From Prorocentrum cordatum (lineage: Eukaryota): a stretch of DNA of 64,000 nt. The DNA is taken from the NCBI GenBank assembly GCA_963575745.1, contig CAUYUJ010000136.1, positions 1 through 64,000 of the forward strand, read 5' to 3'. Position 1 is the stretch's first letter, and each line of letters begins with the position of its first letter. Shown here in pieces: positions 12,151 to 25,851 of the stretch. A program made the translations under genes and the position numbers. The notes beneath the pieces were generated by a model. That model was not told the DNA's origin. It made no database searches and worked only from the letters and a program-made list of their open reading frames with translations.

Positions 12151-12712
12151 TCGTGGCCCCATACGGAGCTCCACCGGAGGTCCCAATGTCGCAGCCCGCA
12201 TGCGTCCGCCCCGCCCACTTTGGCACACGCCTCACGCGTTTGGTGGCCCCACAGGAAGCCCCACCGAAGGTCCCATTGGCGCAGCCCGCATGCGCCGGCC
12301 CTGCCCATGTCGGCACATCTCCCACGCGTTTCGTGGCCCCACATGGAGCTCCACCGAAGGTCCCAGCGCAGCGCGCATGCGTCCGCCCTTCCAATTTCGA
12401 CACCTTTTACACGTCTCGTTGCCCATGGGGAGCTCCACCGAAGGTCCCAGTGGCGCAGCCCGCATGCGTCCGTCCCACCCATGTCGGCACACCCTTCACG
12501 CGTTTCGTTCTCCATAGGGAGCTCCACCGAAGGTCCCAGTGGCGCACCCCGCATGCGTCCGCCCTTCCCAGTGTTACATACCCTCACGCGTTTGGTGGCC
12601 CCACAGGGAGCTCCACCGAAGGTCCCAATGGTGCAGCCCGCATGCGTCCGTCCCGCTCATTTCGGCACACCGCTCACGCGTTTCGTGGCTCCCACAGGGA
12701 GCTCCACCGAAA
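12151..12712. repeat. ~90-bp tandem satellite (TCGTGGCCCCA..GGAGCTCCACCGAAGG..CCGCATGC..), 6-7 units
   Basis: Unit starts at 12151, 12241, 12331, 12416, 12505, 12593 and 12683. Confidence 0.9.
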
Positions 12713-13579
12713 TTCTGAGTGGCGCCAATATCAAAGGGAGCGGTTCATTCTGGCGGGGGTGTATATCCGACTACTCTTTTAGAAATGAGGCTGCAGTGCA
12801 AAACGATGCACGCACAGTGCAAAACAATGCAAGACAATGCGCAGCAATGCCAAGTTTGGCAGGCCCAGACGGCGACGGGGCGCCGATGGCGACCACATAG
12901 CCGCCAGGCCGACGGACAGGCTCAGTTCTGTAGAAAAAGCAAAAACCTTCAAGTGGAAACACTGTTTGGGGAACGCTTGTATTTGTACAGGCACCGATGC
13001 CATCGCGCTTCCGCCTTTTTGACCTTTCCCAGGTGAGAGGTCCGGGGAGCAGAGGTATCATGACTCCACCTCTCTTGCACAAGAGGGACTCTGGAGGTCG
13101 CCTGGAGGAGTGGTTAAGGGGTGACGAGTGGTTGAAGCGACCTTAGACTACCCTGGGCACACGCCCTGTTATTGCCACCCAATCTGCCCTTGGTGCGTGA
13201 GGCTTTCCTGTGGATCGATTGTCGGCCCACGCACTGCGGGATCAGTTATCGTTCCTTGCTCTGTCCTGTGGGAGGGCTCATGGCGGATTTTTCGAGAGGG
13301 TTCCCTGGAGGGCTACGAGAGTTTTGTCGTGGGAATTCCTTTTGGTTTTCGGGCCCCAGCGTCGCTTTCCATCGGCTGCACCCTTGTCGAGGCCCCCCTG
13401 GGGAGGGTAGGCTTGTCTCCGACGGCCGCCTGAGGCCCGAGCTGTGGTGGGCTTCGCGAAGGAAAATCAGACCGGGCGTTTTGGCATTGCTTCGGGCCGA
13501 GGGACGTTCACAGGTCGGCCCAGCTCGAGAAGTGCCGTAGGAAGATGGGCTCGAGAGTTCTTTGTTTTTTATGATTATT

Positions 13580-13945
13580 TGTTGTGTATGTGTATTTGTA
13601 TTTGTATTTGTAATATTATTTGTATTTGTGTGTGTATTTGGTTTAGTATTTGTAAGTTGTTTGTTTGTATGTATGTATGTATGTATGTATGTATGTATGC
13701 ATGCATGCATGCATGCATGCATGCATGCATGTATGTATGTATGTATGTATGTATGTGTGTATATGTGTATGCATGTATGCATGTATGCATGTATGTATGT
13801 ATGCATGTATGCATGTATGCATGTATGCATGTATGCATGTATGCATGTATGCATGTATGCATGTATGCATGTATGCATGTATGCATGTATGCATGTATGC
13901 ATGTATGCATGTATGCATGTATGCATGTATGCATGTATGCATGTA

Positions 13946-14004
<59 letters not shown>

Positions 14005-14340
14005 ATGTATGTATGTATGTATGTATGTATGTATGTATGTATGTATGTATGTTATGTATATAATGTATATATGTACATATATGTACGTATGTATGTATGT
14101 ATGTATGTATGTATGTATGTATGTATGTATGCATGTATGCATGTATGTATGTATGTATGTATGTATGTATGTATGTATGTATGTATGTATGTCTGTGTGT
14201 GTATGCATGCATGCATGCATGCAGGTAGGTATGCATGTATGTATGTATGTATGTATGTATGTATGTATGTACGTATGTATGTATGAATATATGTGTGTGT
14301 ATATATACAGACTTGTTATATAACATATGTATATATATAA
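13580..14340. repeat. Compound microsatellite (TATG)n/(GCAT)n/(ATGCATGT)n/(TGTC)n
   Basis: Direct reading. Confidence 0.95.
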
Positions 14341-14906
14341 ATCTATACGACGTTGTGATGCTGTCGCGACGTCGAACCTCAGGATCTTCTTCTTGCACCG
14401 TCGTCTGCTGCTCTGCCTGCTGTTCCGCCTCCGCAGCGCTGGCTCGGGGAACCGATCCGCGGCTCTCGTGCAGCCCAGTTCCCGCTTTTCCGAAGCCTAC
14501 GCGACACGATGCCGTTTTTTTTTTTTTTGGTTTTGCTGTTGCTTTGTATTCTCATGTTTTTTTTGTTGGTGCGCTGTGTTTGTTGATTTGTTATCGTTTT
14601 TTTTATGTCTTGGGGCCTCGAAATCTCAGGTAGCCTCCAGGGGAGGGGCCCCTGGAGCCTGCGCACAATGGTGCAACGAGGCGCAATGCGCGTGCACGTG
14701 CGGCGTGCGAGCGCGTGCACGTACGTATGCATGTGGGGTGCTCAGCGGTGCGCGCTGGACGTCGGGGCCCGACGCCCCCCTGCGATTGCGCCCGCCCGAG
14801 CTCGCTGGTCTTTCAGGAGGTCTCAGGCCTCCAGGGTCTGGAAGACCCTGGAGGCCTGAGGAGGTCTCCAGTTCCGAAGAGTGTCTACAAACGTCCCCAA
14901 ATTGTC

Positions 14907-15470
14907 TGATGATGATGGTGGTGATGATGATGCTGATGATGCTGCTGATGATGATGCTGATGATGATGGTGGTGGTGGTGGTGGTGGATGATGATGGTGA
15001 TGGTGGTCGTGATGATGAGATGGTGGTGGTGGTGATGGTGGTTGTGGATGATGATGGTGATGGTGGTCATGATGATGAGATGGTGGTGGTGGTGATGGTG
15101 GTGGTGGTGGATGATGCTGCTGCTGATGATGACGCTGATGCTGCGGATGATGATGTTGGATGATGATGATGATGGTGGTGATGATGATGCTGATGACTGT
15201 GATGATGATGGTGATGCTGATGCTGATGGTGATACTGATGCTGATGATGATGATGTTGATGTTGATGATGATGCTGATGATGATGATGGTGATGACGCTG
15301 ATGCTGATACTGATGATGAGGATGAGGATCAGGAGGAGGATGAGGATGAGGATGAGGATGAGGATGATGATGATGATGAGGAGGAGGAGGAGGATGGGAT
15401 GGCCACGTTGGACGAACCCTCATGATGATGTTGATGTTGATGTTGATGAAGCTGATGATGATGATGATGC

Positions 15471-15523
<53 letters not shown>

Positions 15524-15533
15524 TTCATGAAAC

Positions 15534-15614
<81 letters not shown>

Positions 15615-15968
15615 GGAGGATGATGATGATGATGATGTCTGCTGCTGCTGTTGCTGTTGATGATGATGATGATGATGATGGTGATGATGCTGGTGCTGAT
15701 ACTAATGACGAGGACGAGGACGAGGATGAGGATGAGGATGAGGATGAGGAGGATGAGGATGAGGATGAGGATGAGGAGGAGGATGAGGATGAGGATGAGG
15801 ATGAGGATGAGGAGGAGGAGGAGGAGGGCGGCATGGCCACGTTCGACGAACCCTCAGGCCACCAGGAACCCAGAACCAGGCACCAGGAGGAGGAGGAGGA
15901 GGAGGCGGAGCAGGAGGAGGAGGAGGAGGAGAAGGAGGAGGAGCAGGAAGAGGAGCAGGAGGAGGAGC

Positions 15969-16008
<40 letters not shown>

Positions 16009-16060
16009 GGAGGAGGAGGAGGAGGAGGAGCAGGAGGAGGAGGAGGAGGAGGGGGAGGGA
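14907..16060. repeat. (GAT/GGT/GAG)n trinucleotide tract
   Basis: Direct reading; internal duplication around atggccacgtt.gacgaaccctca (~15399 and ~15834). Confidence 0.95.
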
Positions 16061-16172
16061 GAATTGCAAGGACGGGAGGGGAGGGAGGGAGGGAGAGAGC
16101 GAAAATGGCCAAGCGCGCCCCCAAATCCTTGATGCTCGTCCCGCCTCCCCTCTGGTCCGCGGCGCGCCGCAG

Positions 16173-16259
16173 GTCAAGAAGACGGAGATCCTGATGGAGA
16201 ACTGCCGGCGGGCCATCGGGATCCGCATCAAGGAGACCAAGGAGGTGTACGAGGGCGAG
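16173..16259 (+). CDS. RUVBL1: RuvB-like 1 (Pontin/Rvb1/TIP49a) AAA+ ATPase, internal exon
   Basis: Encodes [29 protein letters not shown], matching the conserved RUVBL1 segment [29 protein letters not shown]. Acceptor is cag|G (16171-72), donor is gag|GC (16260-61), phase 0/0. Confidence 0.93.
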
Positions 16260-16807
16260 GCCCGCGACGCCTCCCGCCCGGCGGGGTGGAGGCCTGGTCG
16301 TCTCAGCCTCCGCTCCCTTCTCCTTTCCTCCTCCGCGTTCTCCTCCTCGTCCTCTTCCCTCCTCCTCTCCCTCCTTTGCCTGGCCCCCCGCTCCTCCCAG
16401 CGTCTATCCCTCCCCATCCCCCTTTTCTCCCTTTCCTTTACTCGCTCCCCCTGTTTCCCTCCCCGTCCCCTCCCCGTCCCACCCCCCCCCTACCCTTCCG
16501 CTCTGGTGTCATATGTCAGACTAGGTCTGAACGCACTTCCGATCTTTGTTTAAGGATGTCGCGCAGCTTTCTGTGTCGATATGGGGGCCCGATGGTAGAA
16601 TGGACCATTGTCTAACCTTGGACGTCGGTAGAGGGAAAGACGGCAGACGAAACCCGTTTATGAGCGGTGCTCAGAGGATCCCAAAGTTTGCCGCATGCGT
16701 GCAGACTTGCGACATGGCAACTTGCTGATTATGACGACGATGATGGTGATTCTGGTGAGGATAAATGTTTGCCAGCGTGGGTCCCAAACAGTGTGTTTCT
16801 AGCAATC

Positions 16808-16965
16808 GATGTTGTACAATCTGCGTGGTGCGATCTACGTGGTGCAATCTAGGTTGCGCAATGTAGGTTGTGCAAGATACGTGGTGCAATACAGGTGGTG
16901 CAGTCTACGTGTTGATAGCTATGTGGTGCAATCTATGTTGTGCAATCTACGTGGTGCAATCAATG
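16808..16965. repeat. ~16-bp tandem repeat (GTGGTGCAATCTAC-like)
   Basis: gtgcaatcta/gtgcaatc recurs about 8 times. Confidence 0.7.
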
Positions 16966-16999
16966 TTGCGAATTTCGCTTGCCAAACTTGACGTTGCCA

Positions 17000-17550
17000 A
17001 CTCCACTGCTAAGGCAATCATTTCACCCATCCACCCGCAACTTGGTTTGCAAAACCCATGCAGAAGCGATTATGGTGAGTGCTTGACGTTGGCTGGTCCA
17101 TCTCTGCGGCCGCGCTAGCCCGCGCATGCTCGCGCGCGCAGCGGCCAGCTAGTTTGGCGCGACCGACGCGAACGCGGTGGCGCTGACCCCTCGGCACATC
17201 CCAGGAGGCACTTGAGTGCGAGTCAGCGACATGGACTGGCGTGGTATCATGGCAACGTCGACGACGGTAGACAATCTGATGATAGTAGCGATGCTGGTGA
17301 CGATGCTGACAGCGACGACGGGGCAGCCAGTGACGGCGCCGATGCTGATCGCGCCGACGACGATGACGGCGTCTTCGCGTCGATGATGAAGGTCTTGTAA
17401 GGAATTCGAAATGCGCGCGCGGCAGACGCGCGAGAGTGACCCGCATGGTGTTATTTGACACGGATCGTGCCACCCCAGCGCGCGCGCAAGGGCGTTCGAA
17501 CGATTTCGACATGCGCGCGAAACCCGTTTGGTAGCATTTTATGAAGATGT
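17000..17550. repeat. Dispersed repeat, copy 2 (see 10870-11420)
   Basis: Same ordered blocks as copy 1. Confidence 0.75.
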
Positions 17551-19528
17551 TGCACCCATGGCTTTCTTAAGGATTCGCAAGAGCACGCGCGCAAGACGCC
17601 ATAAGAAGCTGCAGGCCGAGGAATTTGAGCTTGAGGAGCACTTCGATCGCATTTTGCAGAGCATTGAGACCAGGGAAACGGTGAGAGAGGAGGACATGGA
17701 CTGCGAAACTGAGTAATCTGGTGACGACATCGACGAGGAGGGCGACCGTGCTGATACTGACAGTGCGAGCAGACGGTGGACTGCCAACTCAGCGAAAAGG
17801 ACTTCCACGCCCCGTGGCATGTGGCGTGTGGATGTATTCACCACGCTCAAAGGCAAAAGGAATACAAGAAACACCAAATGGTGCCGACCAAACACCAGGC
17901 AGAAAAAACGACCGCGGCACGGCATCGCCTAGATCGTCAGCTTCGGGGGTGCAGGTGCAGGCGATCGCGGGGTACTTCTCCAAACAGCTGGATGAGCAGA
18001 TGCGTGGGCGGGCTCAACTCATTAAGAGCCTTGCTAACATGATGGTTCTGAAACAAAACGAGATGAGCGCACAGCGCAATAACATACAGGACATGCAGGC
18101 CATGGTATGGGCTCAATATTCTTCTCGGGTGGATCCAGTCGTCTTCGGGCCGCCAGGTTGGAACATATCATTAGCATCGTGCCTTTCAGTTTTCTGGGGC
18201 CCCTTGCCCGCCGCAACCGGCAGCAGCACGTATGGCTTGGCACCACCATTAACTCAGATTGTTCAGCGTGTTGAGGAAAATCTGCGTGAGATGCAGAGGC
18301 AGGAGGAACACCAAGCTCAGGTTGGTCACCCGCCGTCGTCTTTCCCTTCTGGGCTCCCCTCCTGCCTCTGCCTTGGTTGCTCTTCCCCCCTCCCCCTCCT
18401 TCGGGGTCGTCCCCGCCGCGGGGATTGAGCCTTTTTGGCGCCTGGGGGTCTCTCTCCTGGCGCCGTGTCTGTGCAGCAATCGGGTTTCGCAGGCAACATT
18501 TGCTTCGCGCCGTGAGGGGGGATTCGGGATCCCCCCCTTAGCCTGAATCTACTATTCTGCCATTTTGGGATTCTGCCTCCTGTTCCTCCTCCACCTTCTC
18601 TTTTGTTTCTCCTCCTTCTCTTCCTCCTCCTTCCTTCCTCCTCTTCGGGAATTCTTTGCCCGATTACTTGTTGATTTAAGCGTCGGTGCGTACAGTGCAT
18701 CGGCTTTACCTGTACTGCTCGGTCGGTACCAGTCGGTGCCTTATCGCGGCTTTTTTTCGGCCTGCCTGGGCGTGTCATTGACACTGGCCTTCTTGGTGGC
18801 GCGGCTTCCCACCAGGACTCACGGCATGGCTCGAGTAGGTTGGTTTCGTCCCCGCCTGTGCGTGTCTGCACGTGGTCTGCGTTCCGTCACCACCAATCCA
18901 TGCTGTTTTAGCGTGAACGCCGCTGTTGTGGTGCTGTCGCGGCTGTAGGTCTAGCGCTCCACCCATGCTATTGCTCTTGCGTCGCCAGCTCGTAGGGTAG
19001 CACCCTACCCATCGCCTTCCTAGGCCATAGCGTTAGCGTTACCCCACCAATCGGCTGGTCTGGCATTTTTACATGTTGTAATTTGTACCGACGTTTCAGG
19101 TTGCCTGGCGTCGAGCTATCGTGCTCCTCGGGTTCTGGCCGTGCCATCGTCTGTCGGTGACTCTTGGCCCTGATCAGCACGAGACTGCTGTTGCGCTACA
19201 AATTACCCACGTCGAGCTTATAATCTGGGGACTTTTTTTGGCCGCTGCATCTTGACATTGCACCGCCACTCGTTCTCTATCACACCAGTTCATGCATGGC
19301 CATGTCTGGGCTGTTCCATCTTTGCGCGTTCGACTAAGTTTGTTCGCAATTGGCACCTCCACGTGCCGACCGCGCGTGCGGTTCCTTTGCGCCAGCGGCT
19401 CCAAAAGTGTGTGTGTGTGTGTGTGTCAGGCGGTCTCTGAAAAATCGGCCGGGCGCAAACACGCGCGTGCCGCTGGTTGCAGTCGACTTTCTACGCCACG
19501 TGTCCGTGCGCGGGGCCGCGACGCCAAA

Positions 19529-19562
<34 letters not shown>

Positions 19563-19999
19563 GTGTTTGGGCTAGTAGGTCTGAGTTTGCGTGGGTCGGA
19601 GGGTGAGTGAGTCCGAGTAGGGAATCTGATTCAGCAGAGTATGAGTGGGTCGAAGCATGAATGCGCCTGTGTGGGAGTGAGTCTGAGAGGGAACCTGAGT
19701 ATGATTAGCTCTAAGGTTATGTGTGCTTGTGTCTGCGTGCGACTGATCTAGCCGCGAGCGAGCCTGAGCACGAACGGGTTCTAGTGTGGACGAGTCTGGG
19801 CATGAGCGGGTTTGAGTTGAATAGCCAAGTGGGTTGAACATGGACGGCATGATTGCGGGAGTGAGGTTGAGGCTGAGGCAGCGGTGTGACAGTAGAAATG
19901 AAACCAGGCTAAGTTCAGGACGTACGGAACAGAGGAGATTGTCCACAGGTGAGACTGCCAAATGCTTTTGGGATGTAGCGTGGAGGGAAATTAATCGGA

Positions 20000-21205
<1,206 letters not shown>

Positions 21206-21547
21206 TAAGGCGGAACTTTCTGGGCAGGGCTGGCCGGTCTCGGGGTTGATAATGGAGCCGATAGCTGTCACTGGAGCCGCTGCTCTGCTTTCCCCTTTCG
21301 CGCCCGCTCGCTCGCTCCTCCACTGCCCGCCCCGCTTCCTTTCTTCTTTCCCAGACCTCCTCGCAATGCGGAAGAGAAAACACGACGGAAGGCTTTTGAC
21401 AGTTTTTGGCCTCGGGGGCCTTCACTGGGCCCCAGGACCGTCTAAAACGGTCCGACCTGAAAAAATGTAGTCCCAGGGAAGGGGTCCAGACCTCCAGGGG
21501 TCCACGTTGCGAAGTGAACAAATTTCGACTTTGGAGGTCTCGGTCTT

Positions 21548-21569
21548 TACATAGCTATTGTGGTCCGAG
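21548..21569 (+). other. Degenerate dinoflagellate spliced-leader relic
   Basis: tacatagctattgtggtccgag matches DinoSL DCCGTAGCCATTTTGGCTCAAG at 15/22 positions without gaps, ends in AG, and lies 12 nt before ATG 21582. Confidence 0.55.
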
Positions 21570-21581
21570 CTGGTCGGCACG

Positions 21582-22075
21582 ATGTCAGCCAGATGGTACT
21601 ACCAGGTTGGGCCCGAAGCTTGGCTTCCTTTTCCAGACGATGCCTGCTCCGTTCTGGAAGACCGTTTCCTGGCCAGAGCAGCAGCCAACCAGCCCCAGAG
21701 CTTTCAACTGCAAAGTGGCAAGTACACTTACGACGTCTACTTGAGCGACATGTTGCAGATCAACACGTCTACTGGGAGGAGGCGTAGTTTGGACCGGCGA
21801 GAGAATCAGCAGCAGATGCAGCACAGCAACCAGCGTATCACGCAGCTCGAAGCCTCCTTGGAGCAATCTCGCAGACAAGAGGCGGAGCATCGAGACCAGA
21901 GGGACCAGCTGGCCAGCAGGGTCGCAGAGCTCCAGGAGTCCGAGGAGCGGCTGCGGGCAGGTCTGCAGAGGGAACAGCTGGCGTCGCAGGCCGCGAGTCA
22001 ACGCCTGACCCAAGAGCAGACGGCGAGGGCGGATGTCACGAATGAGGTGCGCCGGCTGCGAGCAGACCTGGAGAG
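21582..22075 (+). CDS. WWE-PARP gene exon 1: WWE domain plus coiled coil
   Basis: MSARWYYQVGPEAWLPFPDDACSVLEDRF..KYTYDVYLSDMLQINTSTGRRRSLDRR fits the WWE pattern (W..W..E; Y.v.l..M.Q.N..TG..R.l.R), followed by a Q/E/R/L-rich coil. Donor ag|GT at 22076. Confidence 0.8.
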
Positions 22076-22200
22076 GTCGGATGAGGCAAAGGAACCGTTA
22101 CCGCTAGGCTTCCCTCGTCGCCACGGCTGGATTCGCCTCGAAGTCCTGGTCAGAGCGGCCGTGCAGTAGCCGTATCGGTAGCTCTTTGCCTTCCCGAGAG

Positions 22201-22544
22201 GGAGCAGCAGGCGATGAAGGCCGCAGGTCGCCGCCTGGAGGAGGAGCAGGTGGCAAGGGCGGAGGCCACGAGGCAGGCCCGGGATGCCGCCGCGGAGATG
22301 GAACGGCTGCGGCAGGAGCGGGGGAGGAGGTGGGAGTTTCAGAGTCATCTGGGGACTTGGCAGCCGTACGACGCCGACTCCAACGCCGTTTTGGTCCGCC
22401 TCCATGCAGCCTGGATTGAGGAGGGCAGTCCCGACAGAGACTACGAGGTCACAGATCGATATCACGTGAACTTCGGCACAATGCAGCAGTGCAGCATGCG
22501 CTCAGGCATGCTCCGACCTGTTCGGCTTCAAGAGTACCATGGTG
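22201..22544 (+). CDS. WWE-PARP gene exon 2: coil plus second WWE domain (3' end 22541 or 22544)
   Basis: Acceptor ag|G at 22200/22201 restores the frame, and LEREQQAMKAAGRRLEEEQVARA parallels LQREQLASQAASQRLTQEQTARA in exon 1. Then RWEFQSHLGTWQPYD..RYHVNFGTMQQCSMRSGMLRPVR. Confidence 0.75.
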
Positions 22545-23004
22545 GTGCAGAGCGAGTGATTCCTGTCGCTTCGCGAGTTCACATGTGGAACGGCGGCTGG
22601 TCCGAGCGTCAGGGTCCCAGCGCGATAGCGCGGCACATTTGAAGCTGTGCATTATTGCTTCGCTGACTGTTGGGGGTAGCCTTTAGGTCCTCTCAGGGGC
22701 CTTTCGGGGTCCTGTTGGAAGCCAGTTCGGGGTCGCGTGGCTGTCTCGGGGAGTCTTGGGTTGTGGAAGACGACACATGGAGAGGAGACATGTAGCCAAA
22801 TCATTTCTAGATGTTTTTTCCCAATCATCCTGAGGTGTTGGGTCTATGCTTTGAAGAGACAGCGCCCCGCGTTCCTCACTATTTCCTCCCCTTCCGCCCT
22901 CCCCTCCTCCTCCTCCTCCTCCTCCTCCTCCTCCTCCTCCTCCTCGCTACTCCCATCTCCTCCCGCGTCATACCCGTGTCGCTGCCTTCATGGCGGCATA
23001 CTTC

Positions 23005-23490
23005 ACACATGTTTCGTGGCCCCATGGGAAGCTCCACCGAAGGCCCCAGTGGCAGCGCCCGCATGCAGCTCCACCACCATTTCGGTGCACCCCTCACACG
23101 TTTCGTGACCCCATAGGGAGCCCCACCGAAGGCCTAGGGAACTCCACCGAAGGCCTCAGTGGTTGCGCCCGCATGCAGTTCCACCCTCTTTTCGGTGCAC
23201 CTCTCACAAGTTTCGTGGCCCCATAGGGAGCTCCACCGAAGGCTCCAGGGGCAGCGCCCGCATGCGGTTCCACCCTCCACACCCTCCATTTTGGCAAACC
23301 CCTTCTATTTTTCGTGGCCGCAGCACCCGCATGCAGTTCCGCTTCCAGTAGGCACACCCCTCACACGTTTCGTGGCCCCACAGGGAGCTCCACCGACGGC
23401 CACAGTGGCAGCGCCCGCATGCAGTTCCAGCCTCCGTTTCGGCGCCCCCCGCATACGTTCCGTGGCCTCATAGAGAGCTCCGCCGAAGGC
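23005..23490. repeat. Second array of the ~90-bp GGAGCTCCACCGAAGG satellite family
   Basis: tttcgtggccccatagggagctccaccgaagg..cccgcatgc units at ~23014, 23103, 23213, 23312, 23369 and 23459. Confidence 0.85.
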
Positions 23491-23931
23491 CCATCTTGTC
23501 CCATCTTGGAGGCCATCTTGGAGTATCGTAGGCCCTCTTGGGGCCATCTTGGGCCATCTTGGGCGCGCTGACCGATTGCGCCCGCCCGAAACAAAAAACC
23601 GGGCAGGGAGGGGGTTAGGTAAACCTTTCGGTCGGGGAGGAAGCGGTTTTCGGAAGAGGAGAAAGAAGAAAGAAGACCACCTTAGCCCAAAGGGCTGGTG
23701 GGATTATTGAGCAAAGGAAGTATGAACTCCTTAGTGCAAGCACCGTTTGGAACCCCTTGGTGCAAAGACAATAATATACACTCAGTGCCACTTCTTCATG
23801 CTTCGCATATCCCCACCTGCCCGTTCAGAGACGTTTTCCATGAGAGTTGACGGGAAAAAGGACGAAGAGACACAAGTAGTGAATCAAAGTGGGCAACCAG
23901 GATGACCGGAGATTTTTGGGAGCACGGGGTG

Positions 23932-24716
23932 GCTTAGAGGGCCTCTTCGGGCCATCCCCGCCTGGAGGAGGAGGAGGAGGAGGAGGACGAGGATGATGAT
24001 GAGGAGGAGGAGGAGGAAGAGGAGGAGGAGGAGGAGGAGGAGGAGACACCGCTTCTCCTCGTGTGACGCTCTTGGGGCTCTCTTGGGCGCTCTTCGGGCC
24101 GTCTTTGGCCCCCCTTGGGGTCCTCTTGGGGCTCTCTTGGGGGCCTCTCGGGAGCCCTTCAAGGCTTCTTGGGGTCATCTCCCCCTGGGGCCATCAACAT
24201 CGCATTTGGGGCCCTTTTGGGGCGCTCTTGGGCCGCTCTTGGGCGCTCTTGGGGCTATCTGGGAGGCCTCTTGGGCCTCTCTTGGGCCTCTCTTCAGCCA
24301 TCTTGGGGCCATATTGAGGCCTCGAAAGCGCATCGGAAGCGAAAAGGCGAGAAGGCAACATTCATCAATTTTCCATAGGTTTTGGAAGGATTTTGGCCTC
24401 TTGGGGGGCCCTGAGGGGGCTCCGAGACCATTTGGAACCGTCTTCTGGTCGGACATCTTGGAGGTATGTCGGAAGCTATCTTGAAGCAATTGTTGGCTAT
24501 CTTGACCCATTTTGGAGGCCATTTTGTAGCATCGGAGGCCCTCTTGGGGTCATCTTGGGCCATCTTGGACGCTCTACCCCCTCCGTCCCCCTCCCCGAAA
24601 ACCTCGGGGTTGGGGGGGGAGGGTACCCCTTTCCGAAGGCAAGAGGGCTTTGGAAGAGGAACACATGAACTCGGAACTCGTTAGACCACCGTAGCCCAAA
24701 CGGGTTGGCGGGAATT
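23932..24716 (+). mobile_element. Non-autonomous hairpin-ended CTTGG-rich element; a further right end at 23600-23705
   Basis: Left end gcttagagggcctcttcgggccatccccgcc. Right end ttagaccaccgtagcccaaacgggttggcgggaatt. Confidence 0.5.
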
Positions 24717-25071
24717 CTGCTTGCCAGGCTTTTCGGCCCAACGTTGGCTTAGGAGGACCCGAGAGGGGCCCGAGAGCGCTTCCAGACAGCCCGTGACAGC
24801 CCCAAGAGCGCCCCTATGACGGCTCCAAGAGGGCCGCAAGATGACCCAAGAGGCGATCAAGGTGGGCAAAAACGCCCGAAGAGTTTCCCCAGTGGCCCAA
24901 GCGGGGCTCAACGTGCCGCCAATAGGGCTTCTGAGGCCCACGAGATGCCCATTCCTCCAAGAAGCCTCAAGACGCCACCGAGATGTCTCCCGAGGCCCAA
25001 GGCAGTCCAACGGAGCTCCCAAGATGACATGGCACGGGTGGGCCTCACAGCCTCCCACTGTGATCCCAAAG

Positions 25072-25170
25072 GCAAGCAAATCACGGAACTCAGCCAGTCG
25101 GTTCGGCGTCAGCTGGAGGTTTTGCAACGGCTCGGGGAGCACGTAGACCAGCACGTCAGCCAACATGATG
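25072..25170 (+). CDS. WWE-PARP gene, putative exon 3
   Basis: ag|GC acceptor and g|GC donor, 99 nt, phase 1/1. Encodes (G)KQITELSQSVRRQLEVLQRLGEHVDQHVSQHD and keeps the frame between exons 2 and 4. Confidence 0.5.
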
Positions 25171-25189
25171 GCCCAGCGTCATTCGGGCT

Positions 25190-25640
25190 CCGTGCCGATG
25201 CGGTCCGATCCACGGCACATTCCGATTCGATCATCATTCGACGCTAACTGCTCCTGCCAAGGCAGCGCCGCCTGCGATCCGAGTCGGTGGGACTCGATTC
25301 GCAGGTATCGGCCAGGGCCAGTCGGAGCCGTGCGCGGCGATCCGATGTCGATCCGATTCGGGGCGGTTCGTTAGCGACCGATCCGTTCTCGATTCGATCC
25401 GATTTCGCGGCTCGATCTGGCTCAGGTGGATTACCTCTACCTCAGGTGGCATGTGCGTGACGGTCCCGTCATGATCTTCCTCAGTCTCGGATACAGTTCG
25501 ATTCCGATATTCCGAAGATCCGATGTTGCCCGAAGTTGTTTGCAAAACGCTGCTGTGAATCCTGGAGTAGCCGATCCGATTCGATTCCGACTCCGTGCCG
25601 AAACGATCAGATCCGGCGCAGGTTCCGATCCGATTGCCTC
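25190..25640. repeat. Degenerate CCGATTCGAT-rich low-complexity repeat inside a putative intron
   Basis: Many gatccgattcg/ttccgatccg motifs. Confidence 0.6.
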
Positions 25641-25851
25641 ATCAGATGCTGACGGATCCTGCCCAGAACCGAGCAGGAGAGCCTCCAGAGGGTATCAAGG
25701 CCTCCCAGGGATCGCAAGGGCCCCACAAGGGGCCCAAGAGGTAGTATCAGAATATCTCTGGGGCTGGGGAGGGGACTCAGAGGGGGGCAGGAGAGGGACG
25801 CATACCCTGACAAACAATACTCTGGCAGTACTTACGGGACAGGTACGTGAG

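Noticed and set aside
12151..12712. CRISPR-like array
   Set aside because: The sequences between the conserved cores are homologous to one another rather than unique spacers; there are no cas genes and the context is eukaryotic.
13030..13560. Possible structured RNA or ribozyme next to the microsatellite
   Set aside because: No recognisable tRNA, rRNA, snRNA or ribozyme consensus found by eye.
25426..25465. Alternative small PARP-gene exon (VDYLYLRWHVRDG)
   Set aside because: It sits in repeat-filled sequence and is not needed to keep the frame; it cannot be excluded without transcripts.
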